In this document: piece by piece, positions 52,349 to 64,000 of the stretch
Numbering within the stretch: the stretch's first letter is position 1
Layout of the letters: each line of letters opens with the position of its first letter
From: Pseudovirgaria hyperparasitica
Lineage: Eukaryota
DNA length: 64,000 bases
Assembly: GCA_010093815.1 (NCBI GenBank)
Contig: ML996569.1
Reading direction: 5' to 3' (one strand)
Notes under the pieces: generated by a model
What the model saw: only the letters and a program-made list of their open reading frames with translations
Told to the model about the DNA's origin: nothing
The model's database searches: none
Made by a program: the position numbers and the translations under genes

Positions 52349-54119
52349 TCAGGCAGCATTCTGACGGCTAAACACCTTCTTTCCGCGTACCCATGTCTCT
52401 CGGACTTTAAGCTGCCTCAACTCATCGACCAGCAGCCCATCGAAAGATCTATCCAACACTATCCAGTCAGCAAAGGATCCTTTCTGTATGACTCCCGCTT
52501 TGCCTTCCATGAATGCACCTCGTGCCGGGCTCAACGTAAAGCCTCGCAGCGCGTCTTCTATTGTCAATGCCTCGCTCATATGCCAGCCATCATTGCTGCC
52601 GCCGGCGCCAAGACCTGTTCGTGGACTTCGTCTAGCAACCGCTGCAAATATGCCTTCGAATGGATTTGCTGGCTCAACAGGAAAGTCGCTGCCTAGGATG
52701 GGATTTGTCTTCAACAGTGACTTCATACGGTATGCCTCTGCGCTTGTTCTTTGAGGACCCAGCCGGTCTTCTGCATACGCCATGTCACTTGTTGCATGTG
52801 TGGGCTGGATGCTGGGAATGATGCCTATGTCCAACATGCGGATTTGATCATTGGGATGGATGATCTGTGAATGCTCAATCCGGAACCGTCGTTTCGACTG
52901 GCAAGATGCCAGAGACTCGCTTGGGCACACCTCAAATAACGCAGCTGTCATGGCATTGATTGAAAGTCGATTCGCCAGATCACCTATAGCATGAATGTTG
53001 ACCTGAAAACCATGTAACGCCCAGCTCTTTGCCACCGAAGTCAACGTCGTTGCGTTGACTAGAAGCGACCCAGATGTGTTCGGCTTGTCGCTGTAAGGTT
53101 CGATCATGGCGCTGCCCCAGCTACCTAATGCACCATCTGTGAATGAATATCAGTATCAGATTTCTTTTGATGAACGATCAAGACTTACCCGCAAATAGCT
53201 TGACGCTCTGCGCAACTAGCATCCCATCGGCCTTTTTTACTGTCCTCGCGTCGTCTGCGCAGAACGTGTTCCTGGCCGCACACTCCAACATTGCGTATAC
53301 CCTCACCGTCCACTCCTCCCCTCCGGCCAACTCCTCATACATCTTCAACTGCCCCGGCATGACCCCTGCATCGTGCACACCCACAATTCCTAACTCATTC
53401 AGACTTCTCATTGCACTGCCCACCCACTTTTTCTTCGTCTGCCCACTCGGCTTCGGCCACATCGCCCTCACGATATCCATCGCATTATCGCAGAACACAC
53501 CGAGCCCGGGCTCCCGCACAATTTCGCCGCCTTCAACATACTCAGGCATTGGCTTTGGCAAAAGATCGAGCACGGCCTGCGAGACCCATATACAGTGCAC
53601 ATCGATTCGGTCAAGCATGATGTACTTGCCGGACAGCACTGGGTCAGCTTCGAGGTCTACAGCAGTGGGCATCACGCCTCCAAATGCAGCCTGATCCCAG
53701 CCAATTCCGCGCAACCAATCCTCCCTCGATCCCGTGCCTGCATTCATCTCCAAATACGCTCTCACTCGCAGCCTGACATCCTGCAAACCCTCCGCCTGGA
53801 ACAGATCCACGGAGTGTAGCATCTCACCGTACTGCATCACATGCCCATGCCCATCCCACAAGCCCGGCAGGACATAACCATCGATCAGTGTCTCAGGCGC
53901 AGGCGAGGGATCTGTATACACAGTCCTGAACTCGCCATTTCTTCCAAGCGTGAAGCAATTCGCATACGGCGCGTCATCAGATAATGTCTTTATCGACGTG
54001 TAACAGTGAATGTGGGACGCGAGGTAGTGCGTGCGGATGTATTCGACGACAAAAGCGAGTGCGATGAGGGTGACAGAGGAGAGGGCGAGAACACGTATTC
54101 CTGCCATCGCCTGTTTCAT
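52349..54119 (-). CDS. Amidohydrolase 3 family (YtcJ-like) metallo-hydrolase with N-terminal hydrophobic anchor, two exons
   Basis: LPGLWDGHGH, GIGWDQ, RIDVHCIWV, VKLFA/DGALGSWG across the intron near 53139-53188, HAIGD, RIEH, QPTH and LGSDFPVE. The start could alternatively be 54167. Confidence 0.92.
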
Positions 54120-56023
54120 TGTTGGTGTGGAAGACGGTGCTGGAGATATTATACACGGGATATTCATTCGGCGTATTGGGATGTGGGGTTAGTGGGAACA
54201 GGATAAAGAGGCGCTATAACGGATTCGAGCTAGCGCAAATGTAAGGAACTGGAAATAAACAATGTTCGCCTTGTCATCATCCCGGCCTTCCATTTATTCC
54301 CATCAGTATAGCTAAGCTTTATCATAGCCTCTAGCTTACTATTGCCTCATTTTCTTTGTATCGTGGTCACGAGTAATGTAAGCGCATATCAGCTACCACG
54401 AAGCTCATCCCTAACAAACCAATTTATATAATGCAAAGCAAACACCGAGAAGTAAAACATACAATAACAGCTAACGAGAACACGCAGGCGTCGATCAGCA
54501 TCACAAGCAGCATTCTCAGCCCAGAAACATGGGCTTTGTGAACATTAACGAACAAATATCACAGGTAATCATACCAGTATGAATTGCATCTATGGGAAGA
54601 TACTTGATAGATACCCGCGCGTCCGTTCCATATCGTAGAACAACCATTTGGCTATACATTATGCGCTCATTGTGCCTTTATTACCCTATATACAAAGATC
54701 AGGAGGCTTTGAAAGAAGAACTCGACAATACTATATGTAGTAGTCTATATGCGAAATGCAAGATATTGTACTAGGATATAGGTTACAAGTGGTATCAAGA
54801 GGTAATGTATTAGTGATGGGTAGGTATGGCATAGATGCAATAGGCACAACAGTAGCTTCAAGGGAGAAATAACGCTGTAAAAGAGGTCAGGCCTGACGCA
54901 GTACGTATTTTAAACCCAAATGACCCCTCAAGAGCTACGACAAAGTTCTACGCCCAACGCGTTGATTGTCGGTATCAAAGGAACTCAACCAGACTTATAC
55001 TCTCAGCCTTTTACATTCTCTGCTAGAAGAGAAATCCAATATGCAACCATTTGCACCAGTTAGCATAAGTATATGCCAAAATAAAACTCTGCCTAGCTCG
55101 ACGTTGACATGTCCTGTTATAGTAGTAGGCAGACACGCCAATCGCCAACTAGATCGTTCGCGTGACGAGGGAATGAGGCTAAGAAGCGGGAATTCCCAAG
55201 TTTTGGAACGGGCGCTATGCTGTGGTTTGTTACGTGCGTTATGTTCGCTTTGATGATGGTTCTAAAGTAGGTCGTGTGATTTGTTCTTCGGTAACTATAA
55301 CTATAGCCGTCTAGATGTCCCTGAAAGACTTGAGATGTTACAGTGGATCAAATGGCTCTCTTTGATTACAAAATACGTCAGTTTAGACAACTGGCACTAT
55401 GTCTTGTGGTGATCGTCTTCATAGTTCGAGCCCCTCGTTAGTAGCTCTAAGCACGATGATCCGTTCAACGGGCGTGTAAGAACTGATTATCCGTATATCC
55501 GACCCCTTTCCACTGGCGATCAACACCACGAATCCACTTCTCTAGGTGATTTCACCGGTCAAAAATAGTATGCCCCTCACTTTCCACTCCACAGTCCTAT
55601 CCTATAGATTCCCATCGCTGGTCGGTATCCGGCTGCAGAACGCGTCGTCAATTGAGAGTGTGTGATTGGCTCATGGTTATATGAACGGCATACTGAAGCT
55701 CCACTTCGGTAGACACGTCATAACATAGCGCTCGACGGTGAAGATTGAACCATGCAAATACAAACAACCAAAGAGTCCGTGGCTTCATTCATGAAACAGT
55801 TTCCTAATGTATATGGCTTGCCTAAGCCTGCTCGGTGCTCTATCCGACGAATATTGTTTGGACGTTGTGATAATTGGATGATCAAGATACTTCAGGATTG
55901 TGGAAGACTTTGGTTGTTGCGAAGTGTTATGTACATGATTTCCTAGTAGGCCAGGGACTGGGTCCCACAAGAATGGAGATGCTTCCAATCATTTGGTCAA
56001 ATTGGAGCCAGGAAGGCCGAAAA

Positions 56024-56392
56024 CTATCCCGCCTGCATGACCGTGGACACCTGTGGGTTGCGACGTATGAAGTTTCGCACCCAGAGCTTTCCAAGAGGAG
56101 GCTCTTCTCGTGGTAGCATACGTGACGCCATGTCGCGCACCCGGTTGTGAGTAGGTGGGTGTCCAAAGTTGGCCATGGTGATGATGCAATATGTCAGGAG
56201 TCTCTCTTCTGGAGGAGAGAGTCGCTGACGTTCCGCATGAGCTGACGACTTCTTCACAGCGCCGTATAGTCGATCGCGTAGTGTTGACCGGGGTATTCGA
56301 TGTGCAGTTGCGGCTTCTCTCTCGGATTGGTATTCGCCATTTCTCAAAGCTCTTATAGCTTTTGCTATAGCTTGCTCTCGTTCGGTGATCAT
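56024..56392 (-). mobile_element. pogo/Fot1 (Tc1-mariner superfamily) transposase N-terminal DNA-binding region only (HTH_psq plus CENP-B HTH)
   Basis: AIRALRNG..SEREAATAHRIPRSTLRDRL.G...QRLSPPEE..L...GHPPTHNRVRDMA...LGKLWVRNFIRRNP matches the Fot1/Pot2-type N-terminus. No DDD catalytic domain is recognisable downstream. Confidence 0.85.
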
Positions 56393-57851
56393 TGTGACAA
56401 TTGTATATAGTGGGTTGTAGTTTGTGTGCTGTTTATGCTGGGGGTGTTCAGTTTGAGCCCTGTTAATCCGAGAACAGGTACTGAGATAGAGTGTATATAT
56501 ATATGTATATGTAACCTACCATCCAGTAATATCCTCAAGGCACTAGTAGCACTTGCGGGAGATGGAAACTTTAGAGCTTGTAACATAGGTCAAAGCGTAT
56601 TGTCGGGCAGAAGTGCGATTCTTTTCCCTCTCGTGATGACCTGGGAATTGTTTGATCCGTGCGACTATCTCCCATCTTGGTTACTCGAATAATGCAGCCA
56701 AGATCGATGAAGAAGTACGCCAACCCCAGTGCACCATGATCGCCACGCCATCGTGGAGAATTTCCCTTTTACTAGGATTAGCGTTAATGTAGATCTCTAA
56801 GCTTCTGTTATAAGCGCATAGAGTCCTTTGGGGATTAGTGGGTCTACTGGCCAATAGAATTCGGCTTATTAGTGACACTCTTTGGTCTGGGATAGTACTA
56901 CTCCTGGATTGGGAATACATGGGGTAACAGTAGTTTAGAAGCTTGTTCAGCCCCTGCCATACCCCTCTGAACCGTCCATTTCCCCACATTCCTTGGTGTG
57001 AAAGTGGAGCCACTTATACATACTAGTAAGTAGCCTCTCAGCAGCTTCAGTAATCTTGATTTGCATTGTGAGTATCCGGGTATCAAAAGACCCATCTTCT
57101 ACCCGGTATTATGGATGACAATCAAACAAACCGCGATGCTCTGTGAAGATCGAAATCGATCGAGAACCTCGAGGTGTCGAGACTCGCGCACAGTTGTGGA
57201 CGCTTTTGCTTCCCCCAAGGACCCGAGAGTCTACTGTTATGGTGGTCTCCTTTGGACCCACTGATGCGGCTTTGGATCGATCCCGTCGTACTTACCGTCC
57301 CCCAGTCGTCACTCGACCTTATTCCCGAGCTTACTCACAGAATGTAGTGCCTTCTACAATTCCCACGATCCAGCTACATACTAATTATTCTCCTATTTGC
57401 TTGGCTTTGGTCACTGTTATGAGCCTTCTTTGTCTATCTGTTCTTGCTTTTCAGACCCAAACTCATCTCAAGCCTATTAAAAATGTTTCCTAGCAACATA
57501 TTTGCTAATATGCCTGATCTCAATGATAAACAGGGCCAATTTGCATCCTCTTGGCCTATCTAGAGTTTCATCCAAGTTGTAGTGATGGCGATAGTCAGGG
57601 CGGAGTTCCTCAGGTACTTTCATGTTTGCCTTGCGCTGTCTGAGCGTAGCGAAAGGCCCAGTTGTGGACGCTAAGTCGAGTATTTCAATTCTGTCATGAG
57701 CTTTATTGAATCCAAGTCAACCCAAAGCTTAGACTATACGTATCATACCCCGGACAGATCTCTCGATCGGATTGAGAGATCGGACAAAAAGTAGACATTC
57801 CTCAAGCCTGTACAAGGGTCCTTCAAAGACACCAAATGCTTCACATGAAGT

Positions 57852-58538
57852 TTACAACTTCCCTTGCTCTTTTAAACTCTCTACGAATGACCGAGGTGCC
57901 TCAGCATCAATCGCAAATCCCAAGTCCGGATCCGCTTTCGCACGCGCATTCCTATATCCTTCTCTATCCGAACATCGTTGGAGATACTCCAATATGCCCT
58001 TATAATCCGTCAGATCATAGCCACAGAAATACCTCATTGTCGTCAGTGTAAACAAAATCATGATATCAGCAGCCGTAAACTCCTCGCCAGCTAGATACGC
58101 ATGCGTCTCGCCGAGCCTCTGGTCCACAATCTTCAGCAGATTCTCAAACCGATCGCTGTATCCCTTCAGCATCTGGCCATCCTTGTCAAGTCGCATGACC
58201 TGCATGAACACCATCAGCAGTGGCTGGAAAGTACCGTTTGCGAAGTGGAACCAGTACAGGTAGGCGGCGTAGTCCTTGTGTGAGGGTGCGAGGGACAGAC
58301 GGCCACCGCCATACTTGTGGATTATGTACTCGATACATGCAGCTGATTCGGCGAGTCTGAGAGAGTCGTCCTGGATGACGGGGGCTTGGCCGACCGGATT
58401 GAGATCTTTGATCGACTGTGGGGAGAAGATGGGTGCGCGTTTGTGCAGCACGAGCTCATATGCGATGCCGAGTTCTTCACAGAGCCAAGGGACTCTTTCG
58501 CTCTGACTGACCTGTAGGTGGTGGATTGTCAAGACCAT
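57852..58538 (-). CDS. Glutathione S-transferase (fungal Gtt1/Gst3-like)
   Basis: TIHHLQVSQSERVPWLCEELG, NPVGQAPVI, LAESAACIEYI, YWFHFANGT and YLAGEEFTAADI. Confidence 0.95.
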   Translation of the reverse strand: MVLTIHHLQVSQSERVPWLCEELGIAYELVLHKRAPIFSPQSIKDLNPVGQAPVIQDDSLRLAESAACIEYIIHKYGGGRLSLAPSHKDYAAYLYWFHFANGTFQPLLMVFMQVMRLDKDGQMLKGYSDRFENLLKIVDQRLGETHAYLAGEEFTAADIMILFTLTTMRYFCGYDLTDYKGILEYLQRCSDREGYRNARAKADPDLGFAIDAEAPRSFVESLKEQGKL

Positions 58539-58899
58539 GTTGGATTTGTGAATGAAAATAACGAGCCGAGATTATTGATTAGTTGGCGCTCGTAGTCAGA
58601 TAGATCTGGCTTTCGTTGCAGTTATGGTTGAACTAGGTCTTTTAGATGCGCTTGACGCTGAGCTATACGGGATGTATGGCCTATTATAGTCGGTTTGCTA
58701 ACAGTTCTAATGACTCCGATATTCAGACCAGAGGCTTCTACTCGTGATGGTCGTACAGTCACGGCTCATGACCAGCTCGGAGGGGTAGAGCTCGGCTTCG
58801 GCTCGCGCCCGCCTTCGCCCCTAACGCCGGAGATGGATCCGTCCGTAACTTTTTCAGCGCAACTCTTGGCACGTGTCGCGCGCGTAACACACACATTTT

Positions 58900-61800
58900 C
58901 TCTTATTCTACCTTTTCTCTAATAACTCTAGAATTAAGACTCTAGGAGGTTTTTTAATTATATCTAAATATACTTCTATATAAAAAACTTCTTTTACATC
59001 CCTAAGAGGCTAACTTAGTCCATTCGGGGTAATATAGCAAGATATATACCTTAATCGATAGAGTATACCGAGTACACTAACTACTACTATACGTACGTAC
59101 GTATAGCGTTAAAACCAAGACGTTATCACCGTATAAAGATATATATATACCCTCTTAAAATCCTTACGGAGATAGAGGCACGGACTACACTACTAGAACG
59201 CCGATATACCGACTCCCTTTTATTAGTTAAGGGTAGCCCTTAACTAATAAATATAGCGGCCTTAGGTACCGACATACCCTAGTATATACTAGATATACCC
59301 CTACCGGTACGATAGAAAAGGCTATATAGCGATATTACTAAGGGTAACTATATACCTATCTAAAACGTAGAATATACCTAAAGGCGCACGCCGCTATAGA
59401 TAGACGGAATAAAGGGGACCCTAAGAGGGGAAACCCTCCTAGATTATATTAACTACTAGGTAGTATATATAGAGAAGGAAGCCGGAGAGAGCTAGAAGAC
59501 CCTCCTATATATATTCTAGGACCTTATCTAGAATCTAAAGGGAATTACGGAGGAGGAGAAGAAGATATAACTAGGAGGACCGGAGAGTAGGCTCGACTAA
59601 ATAGAGGCTAGTCTACGTAGAATCTAGGAGGAACTTACTTAAGGTAAGCGCCCTAGTATATAGGTATAAATAGTAGTAATACCGGAGGCTATACCACGGG
59701 CCCCCCGGACCGGTAATACGGTGTATAGTATACACGTTATAATCTAGAATAAGGACACCCTAGCATAGGTCTAGTAAGCATCCCTAAAGGATATAGTAAG
59801 TAAGATTAATAAATAAAAGGGAATATAGTTAAACGTTATCGCCGCTAAACTTACGCTAGAAGGAGTAGTACTTACCACGATAACGAATATTACGTAGTAG
59901 ACTATCTCGCGCGATCCGAACGCGATTAGTAGTATCTTCCTAGGCGCCTCTATTAGGGCGGCTATATATCTAATATAGGTATACTCTATATCTATAAGCG
60001 GATAGATTATTAGAGAAGAGGATATTATATAGATAGAATAGTTAAACGAGCGAAAATACCTAGGGATTAAGATCGTAAGAGCATAGTAGAAGAATATATA
60101 AGGGATTAAAACCAGATCGAAGATATACTCTACTATAATAGTAGAGCTTAAGGACCCCGCCCTCGCGTATTAAATTACGTAAGAGGGATTCCTAGTAGAA
60201 GGGGAGCTTCTTATAGCGGAACCATGGGATAGAGTATAGGCAATAATATAGTGCTTTAACTATTAGGGATACGGGTACACGGCATAGCGGTACTTCTAAA
60301 AGACTAGATATAGGTGGTATTAATAAGAATATAGTACCTAGGAGTACCCCTATAGAATATAAGGAGAGGGCTAGAGGGATAGGGATATAGTAAAGTACTC
60401 TAACTACGACGGTAAGTACCCGTCGTAGTCGGCTATATACACGAAACGTAAATAGGTTACTAAATATATCCACTTAATCCGGATAAAGGGAGTAAGGTAG
60501 CTATAAATAATACGACCTACTACTATTTCTCTCTTTACTATAATACTACTACTATAGACTACCTCCTTACGAGGAAGCGGTTAGAAATAATAAACTATCC
60601 CGAGAAAGCTAATAATAGGACGGCCCCGAGGAATTACTAAGGCCGCCGCTATATAAGGATAGTCGCGTCTTAGAGGAATAAATATATAGGCCTATATATT
60701 CCCTAGCATCTAATAAGAGACTAAGATATACTTCTAATTATATAGATAAACGTATAGTATAAACGTAAGAACTAGGCGATACTTCTTAAGAAGACCGGAG
60801 CTGTAATACTCGCTATATAGGAGCTATATAAATACTACTAGACGAATAAACCAATAACACACCTAGGATATTATATAATACACCCCCTAGGACCGGAGAG
60901 GAGAGTCCTCTTCCATATCTATAAGTCTATTCTACTCTTATTATAGTCGTATACTAAACGGGATAACCTCTAGATAATACTACACCTCTAGACGAATATT
61001 AGACCCCTCTATATATATAATATATATAATTAGAACTAATCGCTTTAGGCGGATAACATGCTTAAGGGTACTACTAAGCTAGGATAATATATCCTTCTAG
61101 AAGACTTTAACCTCTATTATAGCTAGTAGGGTAGACTAACTATTACCCGCGAAGAGCTTCGAGCTAGAGAACTACGTACCTAATGCTACGGCTTTCTATA
61201 TCTTCTTATACTAGTAGAATAGATTATCTAGTGAAAATATAAATAAGATAAGGGCGGATCTATACTCGACCTTACCCTAGCCACTAGATATATTTATAAT
61301 AGAACTTAATACTACCGCCTAAGCCTTATATAGATAGACTCCGACTATAAATATATAGAGACCGTAATAGACGTATCTACCCCTTAAGACTAACGAGGGC
61401 GATAGCTATAGAAGGATACTAACTAGGAAAAGTATCTAAAGGACCTAGAATCGATAATCCTAGACCCGTCTATAGTCGACGTATCTAATGGCCCGGCTAT
61501 TAACTAGGCCGTGAATACACTCCTATAGACGTACTAGGGAGTAAGAGATAAACACGTGCCGTACTAAATATATAGACCCCTAGACCTAAAAAGTATACCT
61601 TAAGTGCGAGAGTATAGGCGAGAAGTCCAGAGATTATATACACGCGTATACTATAACCGTATATCTAAAGTATAGGATAAATAGAGAGAGGCGAGAAGAT
61701 AACGAGATAAGGTCCTCTATAATAAGCGATATAAATAGTAGTATATAGTCACGGACAGATACACACGTAATACTACTAGACTATGGTATATAGTAAAATA

Positions 61801-64000
61801 GGCTAAAAGTACCGCCTCCCCGACACCTATACCACTTATACCCCCCCTTATATATTAAGAAAAGATATACTCCACGAGCCTTAAGAAAATAGAAATCCTA
61901 TAAGAGATTATATTCCCTCTCCTAGAACCCGTAGACCTATTAGATATTAACGGCACGGAATACCCGGAAGCTATAAGTATCCCTAGGGAAATCACGGACG
62001 ACGATATACTTAGCGCTATTAAGATACTTCTAAACGATAAAGCGCCTAGGCTAGATAGAATTCCGAATCGATGCCTTAAGAGGACCATATAGGCGACCTT
62101 ACTAATTATAGGCTATATATTCCAAGCGTACGCCCGTATAGGATACCACCTATAGAGCTTCCGAACTATATATATAGTTATACTCCTAAAACTAGGGAAG
62201 AGTCTAAATATACTAAAGGGATAGAGGCCGATCACCCTCCTCTCCTACCTTAGTAAGGTACTAGAAGCTATAATTACTAAGAAGATAAGTATAGTAGTAT
62301 AGGTATACGGCCTTCTTCTAGTAAACTAGAAGACGAAGATAGAAAGCTCTCTAATTATAGCTATTTAATATATCCTTAAGGTTATCTAGACTATATAGAA
62401 ATAAGAACGAGTCGTTACGCTACTCTCTCTAGATATAATAGGGGCATTTAATAAGGTAAACTATATAAGACTTATCTATAACCTCCGGATAAGGCGAATA
62501 CCTAAGTAGATTATATAATTTATATAGTCCTTCCTCGCGTAAAGGACTACTTAAATATATATCCCCGGATACCGAAGCGAATATAAGAAGACGGTATATA
62601 GTATCCCGTAAGGGAGCACTATCTCCCTAATCCTCTTTCTCTTCTTTATAGTAGACCTCCTTTAGGGAATAGAATATATAGAGATAGTCGGATACGTAGA
62701 TAATATATACCTCCTTATAGTCGATAGTAGTACTAGTAGAATATATACACGACTCGAACGAGACCATAAGAAATACGTCTAGTAGGTAAAGCGCCACGGA
62801 GTAAAATTCGTACCTAAAAAATACTAGCTTATATACTTTATTAACCGCTATAGAGGATAGGCTACTAGGGAGGGGGTATGTCGCCCCTAAATCGACGCCT
62901 TTATAGAACTACTAGTATAGAGTATACGAGCACTCGGCGTTATAATTAATAATAAGCTAAAATAGAGACTATAGGTGGCACACGCCGTCTCTAGAGCCCT
63001 CTAGGTAGAAACCGCTATATACTAGATTACGGTATCTACGTAGGGAATAGCCTAGGATAAGGCGAGATAGCTATACGTCTCCCTAGCACGCCTAGCCTTT
63101 ATATATAGATATAAGTACTAGTATACGGCCCTTATATAAGCTCGGCGAGTAAAGCTTAAGTCTATATAAAACCATATACTCCGCCTTATCTCCGGCATAT
63201 ATAAAGCTACTAACACGACGCTCCTCCAACGCGAGATAAACGTAATAAATATATAGAACTTCTACTAGATATAGAGACTTATATACTTTACTAAATAATA
63301 AGTATAAGAACGTAGAGGAGATAGGGTATATACCTTCGCCGTACTACGTACACGTATCCGCGCGTATTACTAGGCTCTCTCTACTATAGAATAAACTCGA
63401 GTATAATATAAATACTATATAGAGGCGGACTCGAGCTAGACCGTATAGGAGGTTTAAAATAACCCGGATACCGTCCTAAGCTAATAGAGCCCTAAGGAGC
63501 TTAGCCGCGTTATATAGTTATAGATCTAGAATAAATAGAGGGAGGTACTTAAAGTCTAGTAGGCCTCCTAATAGGATAGGTATCTAGAATAGATCTAAGG
63601 GCCTTAGAAGGAACCGAGTAAATAGATATATAAAGGGCTAACGAAGGCCTAAGCATCTATACTCCTCTAAGCCCGAATAGGCGCTATAGGTCTTCTATAT
63701 TACCTCTACTAGAGAGGTATCCTAGATATATCTTTCTAGTACGAGGACTACGGCCGGAGAGGTATAATACGCCACTACCTCGCGACGTGCTCTAGCCTCT
63801 ATACTCTAAGATAAGCCCTCGTCCGTATAACGAGGACCTCTAACATTACGTAATAGCTTAATAAGTACCCTAAGGACGTCGCCCGATAGATACTTATATA
63901 CCTTCCTCTCCCCTAGTTCTAGTAGACCCACGTATATATACTAGAAGAAGCCCGATATATACTAGAAGAACCCTAGTATACGTCGGAAGAACCCCGGGAG
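58900..64000 (+). mobile_element. RIP-inactivated LINE retrotransposon (Tad1-like): gag-like ORF1 with zinc knuckles, ORF2 with APE endonuclease and reverse transcriptase; runs off the window end
   Basis: Extreme TpA excess and CpA/TpG depletion. Mutated motifs include CFNY*GYGY...Y (CCHC, ~60250), AI*EL (AIQEP, ~60815), LLEDFNLYY (GDFNLHH, ~61100), DSDY, KAPRLDRIP (~62040), *RPITLLSYLSKVLE (~62225), LSLDIIGAFNKV (~62425), IP*GS (~62605), GYVDN (YxDD, ~62695) and LGVIINNKL (~62935). The left boundary is approximate. Confidence 0.95.

Noticed and set aside
1740..58538. Secondary-metabolite cluster (monooxygenase, O-methyltransferase, SDR, MFS, GST)
   Set aside because: There is no PKS, NRPS or terpene synthase in the window, and the genes are dispersed among housekeeping genes.
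60192..62088. Hydrophobic minus-strand ORFs inside the LINE
   Set aside because: They are artefacts of RIP-shifted base composition.

Overview
Eukaryotic DNA from a filamentous ascomycete: short GT-AG introns with CTRAC branch sites and a clear RIP signature. The organism cannot be named from sequence alone. Conserved intron-containing genes are an FAD-dependent monooxygenase, lipoate-protein ligase, SepH/Cdc7-type septation kinase, an SDR, a hexose transporter, an O-methyltransferase, a RING-finger protein, a complex I accessory subunit, an MFS transporter, an amidohydrolase-3 and a GST. They alternate with three gene-poor islands (about 3.6-19.3, 20.7-25.5 and 44.2-49.9 kb) containing decayed reading frames. 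The right end (about 58.9-64 kb) is a heavily RIP-mutated LINE (Tad1-like), and an isolated pogo/Fot1-type DNA-binding ORF lies at 56.0-56.4 kb. The most notable observation is a two-exon, 58-aa, six-cysteine secreted protein gene (46241-46476) that the ORF track misses. It is followed by two or three apparently pseudogenised secreted-protein genes, suggesting an effector birth-and-death island. Exon boundaries were read by eye, and functional calls come from motif recognition, not database searches.
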